Part shown: in pieces, positions 9,624 through 16,223 of the stretch
Layout: each line of letters starts with the position of its first letter
Position numbering within the stretch: the stretch's first letter is position 1
IMG/VR virus record: IMGVR_UViG_3300044676_001274
Coordinates: 1-26,824 of that record
Strand: one strand, 5' to 3'
DNA length: 26,824 nt
Source of the DNA: a virus
Taxonomy: Duplodnaviria; Caudoviricetes
Translations under genes and position numbers: made by a program
The notes under the pieces: model-generated
Told to the model about the DNA's origin: nothing
Seen by the model: the letters and a program-made list of their open reading frames with translations, nothing else
The model's database searches: none

Positions 9624-10053
9624 TAGTGTCCTTCACGATCAGCATGGCGTATAGGTTGACTTCAGGAATAGACTTAGAACGCCTGAGTTTAGACTTCAAC
9701 AGACGATTCTTGGATTCCTTGATTTCTGGGACTTCAAAGGTTTCCAGTTTGTACTCAAACAGTTTTTCGAGTTTACGTGCTCGTTCTTGTTCGAGTTGTT
9801 TCTCCTTCTCCATCTCAGCTTCGGCCTGCTTTTTTTCCAGGCGTTTCTTGCTGGACGCATCAATCACATCCTCACCAAGATACTCAAGCACTTCTTTGAA
9901 CATTTCGTTCTCGGTGCCGTCTTCGTTGGTCTTGGGGATCTTGTGTACTTGACGAACCTCGCGATTGTTCTCAGTGGTCTCACTGATAGCATTCAAGAGT
10001 TCTTTTTGAGGAGTCTCCCAAAAAGCATTATCTAACCATTTTCTGTCTGCCAT
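9601..10053 (-). CDS. Hypothetical charged helical protein (about 150 aa), possible fibre chaperone or enzyme partner
   Basis: ORF 9601-10071. A GGAGA RBS 5 nt before the ATG at 10053 (MADRKW) favours that start. E/K-rich coiled-coil middle; overlaps the GT gene. Confidence 0.75.
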   Translation of the reverse strand: MADRKWLDNAFWETPQKELLNAISETTENNREVRQVHKIPKTNEDGTENEMFKEVLEYLGEDVIDASSKKRLEKKQAEAEMEKEKQLEQERARKLEKLFEYKLETFEVPEIKESKNRLLKSKLRRSKSIPEVNLYAMLIVKDTIDNAESE

Positions 10054-10093
10054 TATATTCTCCATCGACATTCACAAATATGTATATCAAAGT

Positions 10094-12499
10094 TTAGGCT
10101 GTCCTTTGATATAATGTAAAGGTTGTTATAGTTGACGTTCCTGAGTCAATCGTTGTGCCAACATAGTTTCCAAGGTAGTTACCGACAAAATCACCAACAA
10201 AGTTACCCACAAAGTCTCCGGTAAATGTGGTAAGGCTAACCCTCGTCCTACTGTAAGCACTTGAACGAACCACAATATTATCACGGGTCGATATACGGGT
10301 AAAGTTGTTAAGAGAGTCCCGTGTAGATGTTCTGGTATAAGTACTTATACGTGTCCTCTGATAGTTCGCACTGTATATAGAGGTTCGTGTTCTCTGATAG
10401 TTTGCGCTATATGCTGAGTTCCTCGTCCTTTGATAATCAGCACTAAAGTCACGAGAATAGTTGCCTGTGTAATCCCCCGCAAAGTCGCCAGCAAAATCGG
10501 TGAGACGGTTACGAGTGTAATCAGCACTAAAGTTACGAGCGTAGTTTCCGGTATAGTCTCCAATAAAGTTACCATCAAAATTGGTTACACGTGTGCGTTG
10601 GTAGTTTGCGCTGAAGTTACGTGCATAGTTGCCTGTATAATCGCCAAGGAAGTTGCCCGTAAAGACTGTGGCCCGAGTCCTTTGATAGTTTGCGCTGAAG
10701 TTACGAGCATAGTTACCAGTGTAATCGCCTAGGAAGTTACCTGTATAGTCACCGATAAAGTTTCCGATAAAGTTTCCAAGGTAGTTACGTGCATAGTTAC
10801 CAGTATAGTTACCCGTGAAGTTTCTTAAGTAGTTACCTTCAAAGTTACCTGTGAAGTTTCTTAAATAGTCACCAGTATAGTTACCCGTGAAGTTGCCCGT
10901 GAAGTTACCAATATAGGAGTAGACGTTAATAGAATTTCGGGTTGAGATTCTAGTGGATATCGCAATACGTAAACGAGTATACTGCCTGTTGGATATTGCA
11001 ATACGTAAACGAGTATACTGCCTGTTGGATATTGCAATCCGCAAACGAGTAAAGGCACGTGCGTAGTTTGTCTGACGATCCCTTGTTGAAGTTCTCTGGT
11101 AGTTTGTGGCTCGGGTGCGTTGGTAGTTCGCAGCGAATGCACGAGCATAGTTACCAGTATAATCACCTAAAAAGTTACCTGTGTAATCTGTTGCACGAGT
11201 TCTTTGGTAGTTCGCAGAAAAGGCTCTGGCGTAGTTACCAGTATAGTCGCCAAGGAAGTCTCCAGTAAAGGTGGTGACCCTATCTCTGGTATATGCAGCC
11301 GAGAAGTTGCGAGCATAGTTGCCGACATAGTTACCGATGAAATCTCCGGTATAGGTAGTTACTCGTGTTCTTGAGTATACCGCAGAGAATGCACGTGCAT
11401 AGTTGCCGACATAGTTTCCAAGGAAACTTCTTGAGTAGTCCCCCACGTAGTCACCGACAAAGTTTCGTGAGTAGTTACCAGTATAGTCACCCAGAAAACT
11501 TCTTGAATAATCTCCAGTAAAGTCACCTATAAAGTTACCAGTAAAATCTCCGGTAAAGTCACCGATGAAGTTACCAGCAAAGTCACGACTGTAGTTACCT
11601 ACATAATCAACATCTCTTGAGAAGTCCGTTAACGAAGTTCTGGTCGAGTCTGTTACACGAGTTCGAGTATATGTGGCGGAGTAGTCAGTGTTTACCAGAT
11701 TGCGCCGAGTATCGGTAGCAGTCCCTCGTGCTGACCAAGTCCCCGCATCAGTAGGGGCGCCTTGGATGTTGGTACGCAACTGATATGTTCCGACACCAGC
11801 ACTACCATTCATCATACGTGTTTGTACACGAGATCCAAAACTGTAACGAATCTCGGCATCGGACATCTCTTGGAGACCTTGGAAGGTTCCGGTCAATCCA
11901 CTAGATCGTTTGACCGCTACTGGCCTGATCGTTGTGGGAGCTGTCATCGATGATTTTACGTATATATTATATGATGTGCCCGATACTCCGGTCTCAAGAG
12001 TATCCTCAAAGACATTTGACTTGTATACAGAATATGTACCGCCAGGCGAAGACGATCCTAATCGATATGTGCCCGGATATTCAGATGTTGCAATACGACC
12101 AATGAGTCGATCACTTAGAGTATCAGTCTCAGAAGAATCTAGTTCGTGTATTTCTGGTGTTCCACCATTGTCCACAAACTCAATAGGATATCGGAATGCA
12201 GCAGAGTCACCCGCAAAGTCAGTGACACCCTCTCTTTGATACAAAGAGGTTGTTGTCTGTACGACAGGCACATTACCACCTGCGAACTCGTGAGTACCAA
12301 CACCGTCATCGAATGCGGTGTTGACGAACTGGCCAACTAGGGCATTATTGGTGCTGACCTGAGTGATCGTACCGACATCACTAGAGTCCAAGACAGAGAG
12401 ATGCAATCCCGCTTGATACGCGAGATAGTTCTCTTCTGTGGTTGTAATCTCCTTGAGGTCACCATTAGTACCTTCAAGTTTTAGTGTAGTAGATCCCAT
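10094..12499 (-). CDS. Putative virion fibre with self-complementary tetrapeptide arms (801 aa), paralog of 12508-14526
   Basis: About 269-aa N-terminal domain (EENYLAYQAGL), a 254-aa arm, a 6-aa turn INVYSY, a second 254-aa arm, then an 18-aa tail ending TFTLYQRTA. Confidence 0.8.
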   Translation of the reverse strand: MGSTTLKLEGTNGDLKEITTTEENYLAYQAGLHLSVLDSSDVGTITQVSTNNALVGQFVNTAFDDGVGTHEFAGGNVPVVQTTTSLYQREGVTDFAGDSAAFRYPIEFVDNGGTPEIHELDSSETDTLSDRLIGRIATSEYPGTYRLGSSSPGGTYSVYKSNVFEDTLETGVSGTSYNIYVKSSMTAPTTIRPVAVKRSSGLTGTFQGLQEMSDAEIRYSFGSRVQTRMMNGSAGVGTYQLRTNIQGAPTDAGTWSARGTATDTRRNLVNTDYSATYTRTRVTDSTRTSLTDFSRDVDYVGNYSRDFAGNFIGDFTGDFTGNFIGDFTGDYSRSFLGDYTGNYSRNFVGDYVGDYSRSFLGNYVGNYARAFSAVYSRTRVTTYTGDFIGNYVGNYARNFSAAYTRDRVTTFTGDFLGDYTGNYARAFSANYQRTRATDYTGNFLGDYTGNYARAFAANYQRTRATNYQRTSTRDRQTNYARAFTRLRIAISNRQYTRLRIAISNRQYTRLRIAISTRISTRNSINVYSYIGNFTGNFTGNYTGDYLRNFTGNFEGNYLRNFTGNYTGNYARNYLGNFIGNFIGDYTGNFLGDYTGNYARNFSANYQRTRATVFTGNFLGDYTGNYARNFSANYQRTRVTNFDGNFIGDYTGNYARNFSADYTRNRLTDFAGDFAGDYTGNYSRDFSADYQRTRNSAYSANYQRTRTSIYSANYQRTRISTYTRTSTRDSLNNFTRISTRDNIVVRSSAYSRTRVSLTTFTGDFVGNFVGDFVGNYLGNYVGTTIDSGTSTITTFTLYQRTA
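10151..11692 (-). repeat. 12-bp-period (tetrapeptide) coding repeat with nested 36-bp and 84-bp higher-order units
   Basis: Units such as TGNY, LGDY, ARNF, SANY, QRTR; near-identical 36-bp copies at 10955-11051. Confidence 0.92.
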
Positions 12500-12507
12500 A
12501 ACTTTAT

Positions 12508-14526
12508 TTATGCAGTTCTGACATAGAGAGTGTAAGTCTCAATGTTTTCGTTGCCGGAGCCTATGGTGTCTCCTGCATAGTTACCCGTAAAGGTTCGATT
12601 ATAGTTACCCGCAAAGTTACGTGCATAGTTTCCAAGGTAGTCACCAGCAAAGTTGCGAGAGTAGTCCCCTACGTAGTTGCCAGCAAAGTCTCGTGAGTAA
12701 TTACCCACAAAATTCCGTGCAAAGTTTCTTGTCGAATCATTAATCCTCAATCTCGTATAGTTGCCAAGGAAGTCTCCGGCAAAGTTTCGAGAATAGTCAC
12801 CAGTAAAGTTTCCAGCAAAGTTGCGAGAGTAGTTGACTTCTCGTGTAGAGATTCGCGTAGAAGTCCTTAGTGAGTCTCGAAGGCTGGTGCGTGTGTATGA
12901 TGCAATACGATTTCGTGTATAAGTAGAAGTTCGGGTTCCGGTAAAGTTACGAGCGTAGTTTTGCGAAAAGGCCCGTGTATAGTCGAATGTACCAGATGCG
13001 GTGATGCGATAGTAACGACTAACTGTTGCAGAACCATCGATAAAAGGATCACCAGAAGTTTCCGTTGATACTAAAGCTCCTCTTGAAATACTGTGAGAAG
13101 AACCATCACTGTTAATGCCGGTTCCACTGGTAGTGTTTTGAGTACCACTAAACAACAAACGTGCAGTGCCGTTCAAGTTATAAACTACAGAGTAACTACT
13201 ATCTACAGTAAACCCATCACCTTGTAGGGTTTGATACTCAACCACCACCCAGTAATATTCAGCACCAGATGTTCTGCTGTATGCGTTACTGGCGCCAGCG
13301 TTGCCCAGAAAGTCACCAAAAAAGTTACGAGTAAAGTTGCGAGCGTAGTCAGTTGCAATTAGTCGCGAATAGTTGCCTACAAAGGTACGACTATAGTCAC
13401 CAATGAAGTCACCAATAAAGTTTCCGATGAAGTCACCAAGATAACTCAGCGTTCCAGTATAGGTACTGGCTCGTGTTCGCGTACTGGTTCTTGTATAGGT
13501 ACTAGTACGAGTACGTGTTGATGTCCTAGTGTAGTCACCCAAGAAATCACCGATAAAATTACCGGCATAGTTACTCGACCTTGTTCGGGTATAAGCACTA
13601 GAACGAATTCTTGTATAGGCCTGAGCATAGTTACTAGAACGAGTTCTGGTAGAGGTACGAGTATACGTAGAAGTTCGTGTTCTGTTGTAGTTTGAAGAAC
13701 GAGTTCTAGTATAGTTTGCATCAACTATCTGTTGACGAGTGTCAGTTGCAGTGCCTTTCGAGACCCAAGTACCAGACAAACCATTTGCTGCTGGGTTACC
13801 TTCAGCAGAACTGAAGATACGATAATTACCTACCCCAGTTTGTGAGGACGCAATACGATTCTTGGCTAACTGACCAAGAGAATATTTCACCTGAGCGTCA
13901 GACATCAACTGAAGACCCTGATAGGTTCCCGTTGCGCCAGAGGATCTTTTGATTGAGAAAGGCAATACCTTCGTAGGTGCGGTCATTGCATTCCTACGAT
14001 AGATGTTGTACTGAATAGATGTCCCATCAGTTCGGGTATCTGTCATCACATTTGACAGATACTCTGTATAATCACCACTCGGAGCAGATGTCGCAAGCTT
14101 GTATGAGCCTGGATAATCTGAAGTAAAGATACGAGAAATCAAACGATCAACAAGAGTGTCTCTATCGGAAGAGTTCATCTCTAGGATCTTTAATTGATTA
14201 CTCTGAATTACTTGTTTTACAGGTATGCGGAAATCACTGCCACTTGTGCTGGCGGTTCCTTGGCGTTGACGCACATTTGTCGTGGTAGTTGTTGTTGTCA
14301 AAGCAACATTATTACCACCAGTACCAACAGCCTGATCGTATGCCGTATCTGTGAAACTACCGATAATGTAGTTTGTGCCTGTATCGGTGAGATACAGATC
14401 CGCCACATCACTACCGGTGCTTAGTTGGAGTCCAGCCTGATACGCAAGATAGTTCTCTTCAGTAGATGTAAAGACCTGAAGTTCTGTCGGTGCAGCACTG
14501 TCTCTTAGTTTTAGTGGAACAGTCAC
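12508..14526 (-). CDS. Putative virion fibre with self-complementary tetrapeptide arms and a central tip domain (672 aa)
   Basis: GTG start after a GGAGAG RBS. Same N-terminal domain as the 801-aa paralog, then a 142-aa arm, a 102-aa non-repetitive insert, a second 142-aa arm and an 18-aa tail ending TYTLYVRTA. Confidence 0.8.
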   Translation of the reverse strand: MTVPLKLRDSAAPTELQVFTSTEENYLAYQAGLQLSTGSDVADLYLTDTGTNYIIGSFTDTAYDQAVGTGGNNVALTTTTTTTNVRQRQGTASTSGSDFRIPVKQVIQSNQLKILEMNSSDRDTLVDRLISRIFTSDYPGSYKLATSAPSGDYTEYLSNVMTDTRTDGTSIQYNIYRRNAMTAPTKVLPFSIKRSSGATGTYQGLQLMSDAQVKYSLGQLAKNRIASSQTGVGNYRIFSSAEGNPAANGLSGTWVSKGTATDTRQQIVDANYTRTRSSNYNRTRTSTYTRTSTRTRSSNYAQAYTRIRSSAYTRTRSSNYAGNFIGDFLGDYTRTSTRTRTSTYTRTSTRTRASTYTGTLSYLGDFIGNFIGDFIGDYSRTFVGNYSRLIATDYARNFTRNFFGDFLGNAGASNAYSRTSGAEYYWVVVEYQTLQGDGFTVDSSYSVVYNLNGTARLLFSGTQNTTSGTGINSDGSSHSISRGALVSTETSGDPFIDGSATVSRYYRITASGTFDYTRAFSQNYARNFTGTRTSTYTRNRIASYTRTSLRDSLRTSTRISTREVNYSRNFAGNFTGDYSRNFAGDFLGNYTRLRINDSTRNFARNFVGNYSRDFAGNYVGDYSRNFAGDYLGNYARNFAGNYNRTFTGNYAGDTIGSGNENIETYTLYVRTA
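12565..13722 (-). repeat. Two tetrapeptide-repeat arms (13297-13722 and 12565-12990) flanking a unique segment
   Basis: TRTR/SSNY/IGDF/ARNF/AGNY units in the translation. Confidence 0.9.
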
Positions 14527-14537
14527 GTTCTCTCCGA

Positions 14538-16010
14538 TTAGTTAAGTTGTGTTCCATTCTCATCAAAGATCAGTGGTATGTCCGCTCTCAATGCGTTTAA
14601 TGCAGCGACAAAATTATCTCTTTCGGAACCAACAAAAGCTGCGTCTAAACTACTTAGTGAACCTAATCTACTATCTCTCAGTGTCGCATCTGAGTCTAGT
14701 AGTACAATATCGTCTGCAAGAGAGTTAACCGCTCTTACAATATCTGTTCTGTTTGAGATAGAACCATCTGTATTCAGATTATCTAAATTACCTACTGCAC
14801 TATCTAGTAGATTAAGAGACGAACCAATATTACCCGTAGTAAGATTATCACCACTGATCGCATCTCCAACTTCAGTGTGCAGTTCATTGATTGCACCACG
14901 AAGAGTCGTTGCTGAAGTATTTAGTGAAGCCGCACCAATCTCTGCATCATGCTCATTGATTGCATCTGCAAGAGTTGTCGCGGTGGTGGTCAATGATTGA
15001 GTAGGTTCAACAAAAGTATTGAGTGTATCAATCTCTACTTCAAGTTCTGAGATTGCACCGGATACGGTTGATGCGGTAGTACCCATCGCACCAGCAGTAA
15101 TTGTTCCTAGTTCCGCATCAAGTTCGTTAACAGCAGAAGTAAGATTTGTTGCAGTAGTTGTCAGGTTTCCAACCGTACCAATGTCTGCTTCATGTTCGTT
15201 GATTGCGTCAGCAACAGTTGTTGCAGTAGTGTTGATTGCCTGTTTAGGTTCAACAAAAGTAATAAGAACATCACGGTCACTATCCAGTTCTGCAATGGCA
15301 GTAGATACTGTAGATGCATTTGTTCCCATTGCACCGGAAGTGATCGTACCTAGTTCTAGGTCATGTTCTCTTACCGCACCTGTAATAGTAGATGCAGTAG
15401 TACCCATCGTGACATTGCCCTGTAATGCGTCAAGTTCATTGACTGCACCAGTTAATGTTTTCGCAGTAGTCGTTAAGTTGGTGTGAGGTCTTACACCGAT
15501 ATCGGAGTCAAGTTCATTCACACCAGCAGTCAGAGTCTTTGCGGTGGTTGTCAGATTGGTATGAGGCCTTGCACCAATGTCAGAGTCCAACTCATTAACA
15601 GCAGTTACAAGATCATTCGCAGTCGTTGCAAGATCAGTTGCGACCAGATTGTTCGACGTTCCTCGAATACCTACTTCAAGTTCGTTGATACCGTCCACGA
15701 TTGCTTTTGCATTCGTGGTGAGGTCTGCCTTGGCATTACCACCACCAGATCCATGGAGGTCACTGTCAAGTTCATTCAGCGCAGATACGATGTTATTCGC
15801 AGTGAAGTCTGCAAGATCAGTGGCGACAAGGTTATTGGAAGTACCTCGAATACCCAGTTCCAGCTCGTTGATTGCTGCAACCGCAGAGGAATCTTCGTTT
15901 GTATTCAAACGTCCTGTTGCACCCAAGTCTAACGATACGGTATTTGTGTTCGTCACCAAGGTGGTGAACGTATCCAGAATCGTTGTCTTTGTCGGAGGAT
16001 TAGTCGCCAT
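14538..16010 (-). CDS. Segmented coiled-coil fibre protein (fibritin/whisker-like), 490 aa
   Basis: Many LxTTAxxLxxA(I/V)NE(L/H)D repeats with internal block duplications (e.g. GIRGTSNNLVATDL x2, RPHTNLTTTAKTLT x2). Confidence 0.65.
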   Translation of the reverse strand: MATNPPTKTTILDTFTTLVTNTNTVSLDLGATGRLNTNEDSSAVAAINELELGIRGTSNNLVATDLADFTANNIVSALNELDSDLHGSGGGNAKADLTTNAKAIVDGINELEVGIRGTSNNLVATDLATTANDLVTAVNELDSDIGARPHTNLTTTAKTLTAGVNELDSDIGVRPHTNLTTTAKTLTGAVNELDALQGNVTMGTTASTITGAVREHDLELGTITSGAMGTNASTVSTAIAELDSDRDVLITFVEPKQAINTTATTVADAINEHEADIGTVGNLTTTATNLTSAVNELDAELGTITAGAMGTTASTVSGAISELEVEIDTLNTFVEPTQSLTTTATTLADAINEHDAEIGAASLNTSATTLRGAINELHTEVGDAISGDNLTTGNIGSSLNLLDSAVGNLDNLNTDGSISNRTDIVRAVNSLADDIVLLDSDATLRDSRLGSLSSLDAAFVGSERDNFVAALNALRADIPLIFDENGTQLN

Positions 16011-16223
16011 TTACAGTTTCTCTACTAGTTTATTGAGGAGTTCTTTTATCTCACCGACTTCATTCTTTAACTCTTGCAACTCTCTATCTTTTTCTTTTCT
16101 TCGTTTCTTTGCCGCACGAGCGTTCACTATCTCTTCTTTATTTATATTAACAATAGCACCAGTGGATGGATCTCGTGCCAATCCATCCGACCCACTAACG
16201 CTTATCAGCTTCTTGATCGCCAT
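16011..16223 (-). CDS. Small hypothetical protein with C-terminal coiled coil
   Basis: 70 aa; LARDPSTGAIVNIN...ELKNEVGEIKELL, a type I recall downstream of VrlC-like genes in marine T4-like phages; coupled by TAATG overlap. Confidence 0.75.
   Translation of the reverse strand: MAIKKLISVSGSDGLARDPSTGAIVNINKEEIVNARAAKKRRKEKDRELQELKNEVGEIKELLNKLVEKL

Noticed and set aside
10955-11051. 36-bp repeats as a CRISPR or mini-array
   Set aside because: The copies are directly adjacent with no spacers, in frame within a CDS, and there are no cas genes.
10151-13722. DNA inverted repeat as the cause of the arm symmetry
   Set aside because: The paired units are not reverse complements at DNA level. The antisense of TRTR codons gives R/V-type reads rather than GNY, and no DNA stem is visible around 10913-10930. 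The symmetry exists only in the protein.
10094-14526. Diversity-generating retroelement acting on the paralogous genes
   Set aside because: There is no reverse transcriptase in the window, and I saw no template/variable repeat pair differing only at adenines.
10094-14526. Ice-nucleation, pentapeptide-repeat or collagen-like assignment for the repeat proteins
   Set aside because: The period is 4 with mirror-ordered unit classes. It does not match AGYGSTxT octamers, A(D/N)Lxx pentamers or Gly-X-Y triplets.
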